NCBI RefSeq assembly: GCF_006345805.1
Contig: NC_043004.1
Location: forward strand, 992,001-1,056,000
Direction of reading: 5' to 3'
Source of the DNA: Octopus sinensis
Lineage: Eukaryota
Length of the DNA stretch: 64,000 bases
Positions 28,633 through 41,351 of this stretch are shown here, one piece after another. How positions within the stretch are numbered: the stretch's first letter is position 1; every line of letters begins with the position of its first letter. The notes under the pieces were generated by a model. The model searched no databases, was not told where the DNA came from, and saw nothing but the letters and a program-made list of their open reading frames with translations. A program made the translations under genes and the position numbers.

Positions 28633-30495
28633 GTAATGAAGGTTATGGAAAGGGTCATAGCCCAACTAATTAGCGAGAGAGTCAGTTTAGATGAGATGGA
28701 GTTTAGATTCGTGCCAGGGATAAGCACCACTGATGCCATATTTCTGATAAGACAGCTGCAGGAGAAATACCTAGCCAAAGATAAACCTCTGTACCTGGCT
28801 TTCGTTGACATGGAGAAAGCCTTTGACAGGGTCCCCCGATCCCTTATCTGATGGTCAATGAGGAAACCTGCTGAGGCAAGATGAATGGTTAGTGTGAGCT
28901 GTGCAAGCAATGTACAGGGACGCTGTCAGTAAGGTGAGAGTTGGCAATGACTACAGTGAAGAATTCTGGGTAGAGGCTGGGGTCCACTAAGGTTCAGTCC
29001 TCAGCCCCCTCCTATTAATCATAGTCCTCCAGGCAATAACAGAGGAATTCAAGACAGGATGCCCCTGGGAGCTCCTCTATGCTGACGATCTTGCTCTAAT
29101 TGCTGAGTCACTATCAGAACTAGAGGAAAAGTTTCAGGTGTGGAAACAAGGATTAGAATTGAAGGGCCTTAGAGTCAACCTAGCTAAAACCAAAGTCCTA
29201 ATATGTAGGAAGGCAGGCAAACCACAAATCCCTTCAGGTAGATGGCCCTGCTCAATCTGTAGTAGAGGCATAGGTAGAAACTCTATAATATGTACCCATT
29301 GTAAGCTATGGACACCATAAGAGGTGCAGCAATATCAAAGGAAGGCTAACTGGGAAGATATTTTTGTATGTGGCAGATGCTCGGGAGCAATAAACACTGA
29401 AAATGTGCAGAGAACAACTTCTGCCACATTCCAGGGAGAAAAACTAGAAGTAGTTGATAGCTTCTGTTAGCTAGGTGACCAAGTCAGTAGTTGGGGAGGG
29501 TGCGCTGAAAGTGTAGCTGCTAGAATAAGAATAGCCTGGGCAAAGTTCAGAGAGCTCTTACCTCTGCTGGTGACAAAGGGCCTCTCACTCAGAATTAAAG
29601 TTAGACTGTATGACACATGTGTATGAACAGCCATGCTACATGGCAGTGAAACATGGGTCGTGACTGCTGAGGACATGTGTAAGCTCGCACGGAATGAAGC
29701 CAGTATTCTCTGATGGATGTGTAATGTCAGTGTGCATACCTGACAGAGTGTAAGTACCTTGAGAGAAAAGTTGGACCTAAGAAGCATCAGATGTGGTGTG
29801 CAAGAGAGACGATTGTACTGGTATAGTCATATGGCGAGAATGGATGAGGATAGCAGTGTGAAAAAGTGCCACACCCAAGCAGTTGAGGGAACCTGTGGAA
29901 GAAGTAGACCCAGGAAGACCTGGAATGAGGTGGTGAAGCATGACCTTTGAACATTAGGCCTCATCGAGGCAATGACTAGTGACTGAGACCTTTGGAAATA
30001 TGCTGTGCTTGAGAAGACCCAGCAAAGCAAGTGAGACAATAACCTCGTGGTGTATGCCAGGGATGTAACCATCCTACTTATGCGTACCTTTCCTTCATTG
30101 GACACTAAAACTCTGCTTGCGAAAACCTGCTGAGGCAAGTGAAATCGAAATTGAAATCAAATTTGTTGACTGGCATCTGCACTAGTGGAGCGCTAAGCGC
30201 ACCATCCGAGTGTGATCGTTGACAGAGCAGCTAACTGGCTTCGAGCCAGTGGCACATAAAAGGGCACCATTCGAGTTACCAGCGTTGCCTTACTGGCACT
30301 TGTGCCAGTGGAATATGAAAAAGCATTCGAGCGAGGTCGTTGCCAGTGCCACTGAACTGGCTCCTGTGCAGGTGGCATGTAAAAACCACCATTTGAGAGT
30401 GGCCGTTGCCAGTACCACCTGACTGGCCCTCGTGCTAGTGGCACGTAAAAGCACCCATTACACTCTCGGAGTGGTTGGCGTTAGGAAGGGCATTT
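28633..30495 (+). mobile_element. 5'-truncated RTE-clade LINE: decayed RT, C-terminus and long 3' UTR
   Basis: TTDAIFLIRQLQEKY, AFVDMEKAFDRVP, LLYADDLAL, GLRVNLAKTK and GRSRPRKTW with stops; continues into the family B UTR. Confidence 0.92.
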
Positions 30496-30524
30496 GGTAG
30501 ATGGAAACTGAAACTGTCGTGTGG

Positions 30525-30563
<39 letters not shown>

Positions 30564-30834
30564 CTTATCTTCATTCTGATTGTTAGTCTTACCTTCATAC
30601 AAGTTATTAGTCTTATCGGAAAATATGAATTTATATTTAGAACTTTTAAAATTTCTAATGTCAGAGAAAAATCTGAAAGTCAACATAAGTATTAAGATAA
30701 CAAATGTCTCTCCCCCACTGCCACCACTATAAAAATGCCCTAACAGTGGCTTCAAATATATGATATATTATTAATTTTTATCTCCTAATATAATAATGAG
30801 TGTAGTGTTTTTATATATTTGTATGTATATATAT

Positions 30835-31620
30835 GACGCATGTGTATGAACAGCCATGCTGCATGGAAGGGAAACGTATGGTGTGCCTGCTGAGGACATG
30901 TGTAAGCTTGCAAGAAATGAAGCTAGTATGCTCCGCTGGATATGTAATGTCAGTGTGCATACACGACAGTGTGCAAGTGCCCTGAGAGAAAAGTTGAACT
31001 TAAGAAGCATCAGATGTGGTGTGCAAGAGAGACGACTAGGCTGGTATGGTCATGAGTTGGCACACACACACACACATATATATATGTGTGTGTGTGTGTG
31101 TGTATGCCCTTCCTTCATTGGACACTAAACTCTGCTTGCGAAGACCTGTTGAGGCATGTGAAATCGAAATCAAATTTGATGACAGGCATCCATGCTAGTG
31201 GAGCGCTAAGAGTACCATATGAGTGAGATTGTTGCCAGAGCAACAAGCTGGCCTCTGTGCTGATGGCATGTTAAAAACACCATTCGAGCGTGATCGTTAC
31301 CTGCATCACCTTGTGGCACGTGAAAAAACATTTGAGTGAGGTCGTTGCCAGTGCCACTGGACTGGCTCCTGTGCAGGTGGCACATAAAAAGCCTCATTTG
31401 AGCGTGGCCATTGCCAGTACTGCTTGACTGGCCCTCATGCTGGTGGCACGTAAAAGCACCCACTACATACTCGGAGTGGTTGGCGTTAGGAAGGGCATGA
31501 AGCTGTAGAAACTCTGCCAGATCAGATTGGAGTCTGGTGCAGCTATCTGGTTTGCCAGCCCTCAGTCAAATCGTCCAACCCATGCCAGCATGGAAAGCGG
31601 ACGTTAAATGATGATGATGA
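30835..31620 (+). mobile_element. RTE LINE 3' fragment (ORF end and 3' UTR)
   Basis: MLHGRETYGVPAEDMCKLARNEASMLRW..., followed by family B UTR and (GAT)n. Confidence 0.85.
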
Positions 31621-31630
31621 TATATGTTTG

Positions 31631-31707
31631 TGTACATAGAGTGCACCTCAACTCTATATGTACATAGAGTGCACCTCAACTCTATATGTACATAGAGTGC
31701 ACCTCAA
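31631..31707. repeat. 28-bp tandem repeat, about 2.75 copies
   Basis: TGTACATAGAGTGCACCTCAACTCTATA repeated. Confidence 0.9.
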
Positions 31708-31765
31708 TAGAAAGGGAGAGTGTTAGATAGAGTAAATAACTGCAAGTGCAGTATTGAGGGGTTAA

Positions 31766-31985
31766 CCCTTTTGTTACCGTATTTATTTTGAGAAGCTCTG
31801 TGTTTCTTTCAATTAATTCTAAATATAACAAAGAATTTAATAAAAGAACTTAGTTATCATTCAGCTAGTGTTGGGAACATAAATTGTGACTAAGGTTTGG
31901 TGGAAGATTTTAATTCAATACTTATGAAAACAAAACATTTGTACTAGAGCCAGAGGCGGTTTTGGCCGGGTTGGTATCAAAAGGG
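31766..31985. mobile_element. piggyBac-type MITE, 220 bp
   Basis: TTAA-CCCTTTTGTTACC ... GGTATCAAAAGGG-TTAA: 13-bp TIR with one mismatch and a TTAA TSD. Confidence 0.85.
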
Positions 31986-32289
31986 TTAAAGCATGATAGG
32001 AAGGACAGGAACAGTTTTGTTGTTGTGAAGGTGCTCCAAGGCAACCCAAACAAAAGGGGCCAAGAGAAATAACTGAAACATGTTAACAAGATGAGTTTGG
32101 ATAACTAATAGGTGAATGTTTTTTTCTGTTTGTTTTGTTTTGTTTCTTTTCTTGTATCAACCTTTGGACAGCAACAACGCAGGAATCGATTCATTCAACT
32201 TTTAGTTCTTAAAGATGGTGCTCCATTATGGCCACAGTCTAATGACTGGAACAAGCAAAAGATAAAAGATGGGCAATAAATTTACTTAC

Positions 32290-32673
32290 TCATGTAACGT
32301 GGCATCGGCTTCGGCTTCTCTTTAATTATGTCCAAAAGACTTTTCAAACTGCTTTCTGTGAAACATATGCTGCTACCCATGCTGTCATTGTCCAGGCATT
32401 GTTTACTTACATCCATTTTCTCAACACTCTTCAAATTTAAGGAAAACTTTAAGGATTTCTTCAGAATGGCTCTGTTGAGTTCTTTCAAACATAAAACAAT
32501 ATTTTGGTTATCCACACTGGCTAAACTAATATAAGGTGGGTCTTCATCAATAGAACAGTATTGATATTGAGCATTTTGCTGCTCTGAGGAAGATTTTTGC
32601 TGGTCCATGTGTTGTAATGATATTTCCAAAATCGGAGTATTTGTTAAGAGTTGTTTCAAGAGGACCAATGAAA
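32290..32673 (-). CDS. Internal coding exon (B), 384 nt, phase 1-1, of the unidentified spliced gene (SLVLLKQLL...PKPMPRYM)
   Basis: Acceptor ATTTTTCTTTTCAG (AG 32675-32674) and donor A/GTAAGT (GT 32289-32288). 127 full codons open between them. Non-repetitive sequence, matching ORF 32282..32668. Confidence 0.8.
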
Positions 32674-32760
32674 CTGAAAAGAAAAATGATATTGTGTTAA
32701 AGGAAATAAAATATACATATTCTGAAAACTATTTGCAACAGAATTTTAAACAAAAAGAAG

Positions 32761-33225
32761 ACATTATTTACATTATTTACATTTGACGGATATTTGTCCT
32801 CATCTTGTTTGTTGTTAACACAACGTTTCGGCTGATATACCCTCCAGCCTTCATCAGGTGTCTCGGAGAAATTTCGAACTTGAGTTCTCATTCCTAAGGT
32901 ATTTTTTTGATATAATAATAATAATAATAATAATAATTATTATTATTATTCAGGTCACTGCCTGGAATCAAACCTGGAATCTTGGGGTTAGTAGCCTGAG
33001 CACTTAACCACTACGCCATGTGCCCGTGGGCATAGTGGTTAAGAGTGCGGGCTACTAACATTGAAAAATACCTTATGAATGAGAACCCAGGTTCGAAATT
33101 TCTCCAAGACACCTGATGAAGGCTGGAAGGTATATCAACCAAAACGTGTTAACAACAAACAAGATGAGGACAAATATCCATCAAATGTAAATAATGTACA
33201 TAATTCCTCATCCCTTAAATATACA
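32761..33225. mobile_element. Inverted pair of family E Penelope-like termini enclosing an inverted tRNA-like SINE head
   Basis: 32761-32910 is the reverse complement of about 33060-33200. The spacer has minus-strand TGGCGTAGTGG (A box) and GGTTTGATTCC (B box), plus a short inverted copy. Confidence 0.8.
32817..32862 (-). ncRNA. Minimal type I hammerhead-ribozyme motif, best-preserved family E copy
   Basis: GACAC-CTGATGA-A-GGCTG-GAGGGTATAT-CAGCC-GAAA-CG-T-T-GTGTT: 5-bp stem I, 5-bp stem II, palindromic AACGTT. Confidence 0.68.
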
Positions 33226-33477
33226 ACTGGAAAAGAAAACATATCTGAAGACAATACTCCCTCAATACTCGATAACCACCAATGTCTTGTGTTTTATTCT
33301 GACACCTGGGAGATGCAAGCACAAGACCACTCTGCCTAGTGAAGCTGCACCAACAGATATGTCACCTCCTAAGAAGAGAAGAGAGGACTGTAGGGGCACA
33401 AAGAAAAGGGAACCGAACAGGGGTTGACCGACCGGCCACAGCTGGACACACTGTGCCCAATCTTCTCACTTGTGATG

Positions 33478-34395
33478 TCTTACGACGCATGTGTGCGAAT
33501 AGCCATGCTGTATGGCAGAGAAACATGAGCTGTGATTGCTGAGGACATGTGTAAGCTTGCAAGAAATGAAGCTAGCATGCTCCGCTGGATGTGTAATGTC
33601 AGTGTGCAGACACGACAGAGTGCAAGTGCCCTGAGAGAAAAGTTGAACTTAAGAAGCATCAGATGTGGTGTGCAAGAGAGATGACTAGGCTGGTATGGGC
33701 ATGTGTTGTGTATGGATGAGGACAGCTGTGTGAAAAAGTGTAACATCCTAGCAGTAGAGGGAACCTGTGAAAGAGGTAGACCCAGGAAGAGCTGGGATGA
33801 GGTAGTGAAGCACAACCTTTGAACGTTGGACCTCGTGGAGGCGATGATGAGTGACCAAGACCTTTGGAGATATGCTGTGCTTGAGAAAACCCGGCAAGCC
33901 AAGTTAGACTGTAACCATGGCCTATGCCAGTGCAGCATAACAGGACCATTTAAGAGTACCCCTCAAGCACTGGGCAATAAACTGTACTTACGAAGACCTG
34001 TTGAGTCAAGTGAAGTCAGTGTTGTGGCCTATGACACGGAGGTGAGGTGGCTGAGTTCCTTCCGAGCGTTGGGCTCATGGGGGTAAAGTGGCCAAGCTCC
34101 TTTTGAGTGTTGGGCCTCACGGAGGCAATGACCAAGACCTTATGTCATGCTTGAGAAGAAGACCCATCAAGCTGAGCAAAATCACAGTTGTGGCAGATAC
34201 CAGTGTCATGCAAATGGCACATAAAAGCACCTATTACACACTCAGAGTGGTTGGCATTAAGAAGAGCATCCAGTCATAGAAAACTATACCAAATCAGACT
34301 GAAGTCTGGTGCAGCCTTCCAGCATGCCAGCCCAGTCAAACCATCCAACCCATGCCAGCTTGATCAATGGACATTAAATGATAATGATGATGGTG
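33478..34395 (+). mobile_element. RTE LINE 3' fragment with a rearranged UTR
   Basis: EDMCKLARNEASMLRWMC...RGRPRKSW, followed by the family B terminus. Confidence 0.82.
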
Positions 34396-34412
34396 ACATA
34401 TATATATATATA

Positions 34413-34918
34413 TGGTGTCTTTTAGACACCCTAATTTTTAATTGTTAAAAAATTTTTTTACCTTTGTAAGGTATTTCTTTCATGCTGGCCACTTGATAAT
34501 TTCGACACTTAAATATCGATATTATCCTCATATATAAATTTATATAATTCGTTATTATATTCACTGCGGTGCTTATTTTAACCATATCGTACTTATGCGG
34601 TGATTTGGCGGGCGATTCAGACTGGCTGTGTCCATACGTGCATATGTATGTATGTACGACGCTCGTATATGTAAGTATATCGTTTGCTGTGCATATATAT
34701 ATCTGTATTTATGTACCCTTGATATATTCAATTGATGACGGTAAAGCTTATCTAAAGCAGAACCAGAAATCCTTGGATCTTGAATTATTCAATAATTTTT
34801 GCTTGTATGTTTTGTACCTCCGCTTTACCTCATGGTGCGATATGAACATTTAACGTGGTACTATAGTCAGTGTTTCGACTGCTATTTCGGCATGTTGGTG
34901 TCTTTTAGACACCCTAAT

Positions 34919-34926
<8 letters not shown>
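34413..34926 (+). mobile_element. 483-bp unit bounded by an exact 31-bp direct repeat and containing a degenerate hammerhead motif (34726-34785)
   Basis: TGGTGTCTTTTAGACACCCTAATTTTTAATT at 34413-34443 and 34896-34926. Confidence 0.6.
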
Positions 34927-34949
<23 letters not shown>

Positions 34950-34952
<3 letters not shown>

Positions 34953-35154
34953 CCTTTTATTCTTTTACTTCTTTCAGTCATTTGACTGCAGTCATCCTGG
35001 CGCACCACTTCTAGTCGAACAAACTGACCCCAGGACATATTCTTTGTAAGCCTAGTACTTATTCTATCGATCTCTTTTGCTGTTATGAGGACGTAAACAC
35101 ACCAATATCAGTTGTCAAGCAATGGTGGTGGGGGACAAACACAGGCACACAAAC

Positions 35155-35185
<31 letters not shown>

Positions 35186-35945
35186 ATTATATATATAAAT
35201 GAGCAAAACGCTCCCACTCCATCCAATGGATGGTGCTGAGTTGTCAAACATTTAAACCAAATTTTCTCAAAGCAACTTGTCCCACCGTCCCATAGGCCTC
35301 TCCTTTGAGAAACACTGATTTAACCTAAATTTGAGACACCAGCAAAAGAAGAAATAAAGATAGACATTTTTTCTATTCCAAATATACTGCATTTTGTGGC
35401 ATTATTTCAAGCCAGCCAGCTTTTTTTGCACGAACTGCAAGTGCATTTTTCTTGCATATGCGTAGTATTGATCACAACAGCTGATGTACTTGACCGTACA
35501 AATGCACATTCCCACAGCTTTATAGATCGCATTCCCACCTGGAATCGATTTTTGTAATTTTTTGAAGACTCATACACACCCTGATACTGCTGGTATCTAC
35601 ATATCAAATTTGAGTGCAATCGGACGGAGGATGCCCGAGATCCTAGAAGACATACACACAGACAGACAGAATGGATTTTATATAATAGATATATATATAT
35701 ATATATATGATGGGCTTCTATCAGTTTCTGTCTACCAAATCCACTCACAAGGCTTTGGTTGGCTTGAAGCTGTAGTAGAAGACACTTGCCCAAGGTGCCA
35801 TGCAGTGGGACAACCTGGAACCATGTGGCTGGTAAGCAAGCTATTTACCACATGTGTGGTAAGTAGGAACTCAGCCAACTCGCCTCCATGAGGCCCAACA
35901 TCAAAAGGAACCATGTTGGGGGACAAGCTTCTTACCACACAGCCA
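34950..35945 (-). mobile_element. Family A SINE split by a Helitron-like insert (about 35195-35689)
   Basis: SINE 3' half at 34950-35150 and 5' half from 35706. The insert begins on the minus strand A/TCTATTATATAAAATCCATTCTGTCTGTC. Confidence 0.7.
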
Positions 35946-35964
35946 CGCCATATATGTATATATA

Positions 35965-36900
35965 TATCATCATCATTGTTTAACACCCATTTTCCATGCT
36001 GGCATGGGTTGGATGGTTTGACTGAGGTCTGTAGAGCCAGCAGCTGCACTAGGCTCCAATTTGATCAGGCAATATTTCTACAGCTGAATGCTCTTCCTAA
36101 TGCCAACCACTCCAAAAGTGTAATGGGGGCTTTTTATGTGCCACCAGCACAGGAGCCAGTCAGGCGGGACTGGCATCAATCACGTTGAGACAGTGCCTTT
36201 TATGTACCACTGGCACGGGAGGCCAGTCAGAGTGTACTGGCATCAGCTTTTTACATGCCACCAGCACAGAGGCCAGTCAGGTAGTCCTAGCATTGATCAA
36301 GTTCAGATAGTGCTTTTTATGTGCCACCAGAATGGGAGCTAGTCAGGGGGCACTGGGCACAGCTACGATTTTGGTTTTACTTGACTCAACAGGTTTTTTC
36401 AAGCATATATCACCTGGGTACTCTTAAATGGGTTGGACATGTAACCTTGGCATCAGCCATATATATATATATATATATATCCAGTGGCTGAGGATTAGAA
36501 CCATGCTTTGAAACTTAAAGTACCAAGGAATTTAAATCAAACTGTTTTGATTCATCATCATTATCATAGTTTAACATCTGTTTTTCATGCTGGCATGTGT
36601 TGGACGGTTTGACTGAGGTCTGGAGAGCCAGAAGGTTGCACCAGGCTTCTATCTGATCTGGCAATGTTTCTACAGGCAGATGCCCTTCCTAATACCAACC
36701 ACTCCAAGAGTGTAGTGGGGGATTTTTACATGTCACTGGCACAGGAGCCAGTCAGGTGGGCCTGGAATCAATCATATTGGGATAGTGTTTTTTACGTGCC
36801 ACCGGCACTGGAGGTCAGTCAGGGGGTACTGGCATCAGCCACATTCGGATGGTGCTTTTTATGTGCCACCAGCACAGGAGTCGGTCAGAGGGCACTGGCA
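35965..36900 (-). mobile_element. Two adjacent RTE 3' UTR copies (about 35965-36420 and 36555-36900)
   Basis: Each starts with (CAT)n and contains GATGCCCTTCCTAA..CCAACCACTCC or a close variant. Confidence 0.8.
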
Positions 36901-38727
36901 TCATATATATAATATATATATGAATACACACATATATATATATATAAATACATACACACATAATACATACTTGCACAATTTATTTATTTATTTCATCTCG
37001 TTTCCAGGTACTCTTGCAAAACATTAACCAAATCTGGACATTTCTTCGGAATATATCCGGAAATTATCTAGTGTTCGAAATCCGTCAGTTTTACAGACTT
37101 GTCTACTTTTAGCATCGTAGATCTCGAATCTGATTTCGAAATATATAAGAAAAGAGTTGGAAATATTACCCCATCCTTTTTCCTTAATTTTTCAGTTCTG
37201 ATACATATTTTTTTTTCTTTTTTCTTCTATAATGTTTTCAGATTTACGTTACGTAACTCTGAAGACTAGTAATCTCAGATGTTTAGAAAATAAATCGGAA
37301 AAAAAAATAACAGAAGAAAATTAGTGAAAATGGGTCAGCCTTCCTTCTTAAAATGTCTCTGCTCCAAGAGAAAAACTTTCCTAAGTATTTGTAATGTAAA
37401 ATGCTTAGAGCATAGTAAAAAAAAAAAGAATTAAACTGTTTGGTACATCAGATAATTTCTGACTCTATTATAAAGGAATAACAAATCTTCTATCCCGGCT
37501 GAAGTGTTTTAAAATCCGGTAACCCCTGTTAAAGAACAACGAATAAAATCTCTGATGCTATCTCGGTCATATGTGACAACGTGATAGAGTGACAGAATTA
37601 GTTGTAGGTCAGACGAAAATACCAGACCGTACTTAGAATTCCGCGTCCGATTCTCGCCGAGATCAGCTTCATTTTCCCAGAGTCAATTACATAGGTCACA
37701 GGTCAACAAAAGACAGTAACTTTATTGATTTATTGGTCAACACTCTCCTTCACAAATTATACTTTAAGTTATATATTAGTTTAGAGGAGCGAGAACAGTG
37801 CTTGGTGAGGTTTGATGACACATGCAAGTCAAGAAGGAAGGCGCTTGGGCAGTTAGAAATAACAGCCAAAACTATTCTCAGATTGCTCAACACTATCCGA
37901 GGAAGGAAAGATCACATTGGGTAATAGATTCCTAGATACACTTAGAAAACGTAAAAGAGAATGGTTTCGTTTGGAATGTCGATGTTAATAATTATAGGTA
38001 AACAACAAAAAACTTTTTTGTGGCAAAATCGGACAATTTGTTGCCAAATAAAACTGCGAAGTTGATGCCCTTACTGAAACTTTTAATAAACATCATAAAT
38101 TATTTCCTTTATCAAGTATTAAATAAAAAAAAATTAACCTAGAAATGAATGTTTCCGATAAATAAAGCAATTTATAATTAGAAATTCTGGCGATCTTACT
38201 TTATTTAGCCGAAATTCCCCACAAAGGGTTTCAAAACAGTTTTAACAGACATTTTGAAAGAATTAGAAGAAAGTTCTCCGATAATTTTCCTTCATGTAAA
38301 TAAATGTCTACGGTTAATTTAAGAATTTGCCAGCAAAAACTTATAAAATGACAATAGGCATAGTTTCGCCCAATACGATGTACATGTTTATATGTTGTAT
38401 ATGGAAATGAAAGCTTTTCCTATAAATTGAAAAAAGATATGATACAAATCAGTATATATGCGTGCAGACCCATCATCTTATTTATTTTTACAATAAAATT
38501 CCGATATAACCGTAATCTACACCATCTGACAAGTATTTGGAGAAAATTTCACGAAGAAAAAACAAAAAACATAACCGAAAATTATGAGGAAACAAAACCA
38601 GAAGAGGGTCACGCTTGTATAAAAATAAAGGCGATCTTTCGTCTCTAGTATTGCCAAAATAAATAACAAAAACAAATATAATTTAAGTTTTTAAATACTG
38701 TTTTGGCAGACAACCCTCAGTCCGATT

Positions 38728-38772
<45 letters not shown>

Positions 38773-39261
38773 TGATAATTGATAATAATTGACAAATAAA
38801 ACCTCACACCGACCGTAAAAAGTAATTAAAATAAGAAAAAACATTTTTAATAACTGTAGCATAACTACCAAGAAAAAAATTATAAAAAAACTCGTACCTG
38901 TTTTTGCTTTTTCTTTTTCCCACTTAGGCGTTGAGCCTTAAGCAAAACGGGACTCTGGAGGATTTCGCCGTGAACATCATGTATTCGTTCATTCTTGTGA
39001 TTTTTCTCCAAGTCTTTTAGAAATGCCCAACTCATAAATGGACCAAAAATGAAGCAGAGCTACTCCGCTTGTGTTAATTGCAGCCGGGTTAGTTACGACT
39101 GCTCTAGATTTGTTACGTCATGCAACTATGTATCAACAATTAAAATCGTGGAGGGGCGAGTTTAGTATTTATATAACAATGAAAAGTACATAAAAACTGA
39201 CCTGTTTCGAAGCAGGAACAGGGTTCCGCTTCCCGAAATAAGCACGTAATATACATACATG

Positions 39262-39303
<42 letters not shown>

Positions 39304-39356
39304 AGTAGGTAATTTATCAGTTTGGTTAGAATAAAATAATAATAATAATAATAATA

Positions 39357-39393
<37 letters not shown>

Positions 39394-39725
39394 CCAAGGG
39401 GGATAAGTGATAAACCGCACAAAGAGACGAATTAATCTTAGAGGAATCGTGGACTATCATTCAATTAGGAAAAGCTGGAGACAACATTCTTCAGTGGTTG
39501 GCACGGCATCGACTAACTATGAATATGTACACCTGGGTAACGTCACCTTACTACATGTGGTGATGTTACTCATGGGAAATTATGGTATTGCAAGCGTTGT
39601 ATAAAGAGCGAATCTGTTCGTTACAGTTCATGTTTTGAGAGGAGTCATATTTCGCCAGTGGTTATGTTGTGTAAAAAGTAACTTGAATTATCTCTCCCTT
39701 AATTTCTATTTATATATATAGATGG

Positions 39726-39767
<42 letters not shown>

Positions 39768-39830
39768 ACGAAGACGGGTGTGTAAACAACAAGCAGATGT
39801 ATTAGTTTAACGCTCGGGAAGTGAGAATGT

Positions 39831-39866
39831 CTTTTACATTTCGAGCCTACGCTCTTCAACAGAAAG
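39831..39866 (-). ncRNA. Hammerhead-like motif, A6U core variant
   Basis: CTTT-CTGTTGA-A-GAGC-GTAG-GCTC-GAAA-TG-T-A-AAAG: stem I CTTT/AAAG. Confidence 0.45.
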
Positions 39867-39924
39867 GAATAAAAGAAAATAAACAGGGAGAATGGAAAAG
39901 ATACATATATATATATATATATAT

Positions 39925-40215
39925 ATCACCGTGACCGACTAGGCTATCAGATGTTCTTACACATCGCTGGTCACAATGCGTTTTTCGCATTGTTTTTGCC
40001 TTCAAATGACGCCACCCAGCTGGCTAAGCAAGCAGGCCAACAGAAGAAAGAGTGAGAGAAAGTTGTGGCGAAAGAGTACAGCAGGGATCGCTGGAGCCTC
40101 GTGGAGCTTTAGGTGTTTTCGCTCAATAAACACTCACAACGGCCTGTCTGGGAATCGAAACGGCGATCCTACAACCGCGAGTCCGCCGCCCTAACCACTG
40201 GGCCATTGGGCCTCC
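39925..40215 (-). mobile_element. Family C tRNA-headed SINE variant with an alternative 3' tail
   Basis: Head and body match 45633-45830; the tail differs. Confidence 0.78.
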
Positions 40216-40407
40216 TCACACACACACACATATATGTATGTGTGTATGTATGTGTGTGTATGTATGTATGTATGTATGTATGTGTGTGTGTGTGTATGTA
40301 TATATGTATGTATGTATAATTCGTTATGACGTGGTTTGCGCCTGAAGAATATGTTTGAGATCTCTCAGCATATGAAACTATAATACATGCATTGTAACTT
40401 AAAATAA

Positions 40408-41351
40408 ATGGCGGACCGTCACCACACCCCCATTCTGTTTTTTATTTACTTATTTATTTATTCATTTATTTTTTACAGAAACCCACATTTTTGGGTACAG
40501 AGATTCCGAATCTGTAAAAAAAATTTGCATTTCAAAATTTTAATTCCTCCAGTTTCTTCATTTTTCCACATTTTCAGAAATTTTCTTTGGCGAATTACAC
40601 GGAAAAATACGGAGATTATGATTCTGAATAAGAAAATTTTTTATAATTTCAATTTAAGTAAAAACAACAAAGCAAAAAAAAAAAAAAAGTCAACCCTCGC
40701 GAATGAACGGTATATACAGGATATTTTAAAACCCTTTCGGTCATTGAGCATGCATAGGGCTTTTCCAATCCGCGCATTAAATAAGCTTTCAAGAAGTATC
40801 TCTACATGCTAGAAATAACAGCCAAATCTCCAACAAACTCTACATAATTAGTAGGCATTCTTGCGCAATGAAATTTTCTACATATGTTCTTCATACAGTG
40901 TAGATCTTTTTTTTTTTTACAGCTGAAAGAGGTTTTTCTACAAAACGAGACTTAACATTTACAAAAAATACGCGTCGCGCATTTGTGTGAGTTCAAAACC
41001 TGTATTGCTTGGCGATTTGAACAAGTAAATGTTCAAACTTTGGGGTACCTCTTTTTGTCCAACTCGACACCACCCGATACCCTTGGCATTTCAATTTTAC
41101 CCCCACCCCATCCAGTTTCTTCATGTTTTACTTTTTTTCAGAATTCTTAAGGGGCAAATTACATAGAAGGGGGAGAGGTTACTATTTCTTTTTAATTCAA
41201 ATTTAAAAGCATTTTTTCATAATTCAATTTTGGGGAAAAATTAAATTTTGAAATGCAGATTTTTTTTTACAGATTCGGAATCTCCGTAGCCGAAAATGTG
41301 GGTTTCTGTGAAAAAAAGAAAAGAAATGGGGTCCTGGTGACGGTCCGCCAT
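40408..41351. mobile_element. About 940-bp non-autonomous DNA element with about 130-bp terminal inverted repeats
   Basis: ATGGCGGACCGTCACCA...GAATCTGTAAAAAAAATTTGCATTTCAAAAT is mirrored at 41240-41351. No TSD recognised. A related end lies at about 46990-47150. Confidence 0.75.

Noticed and set aside
37445-37525. Strong minus-strand acceptor TTCTTTAACAG
   Set aside because: All three frames hit a stop before any credible donor.
38898-39035. Possible alternative first exon MSWAFLKDLEKNHK...KKKKQKQ with donor CAG/GTACGA on the minus strand
   Set aside because: It ends in phase 0 but exon B needs phase 1, and I found no bridging exon; left as unsupported.
39195-39240. Hairpin followed by GAAACAGGTC on the minus strand, resembling a hammerhead
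   Set aside because: No CUGANGA core and no stem I pairing.
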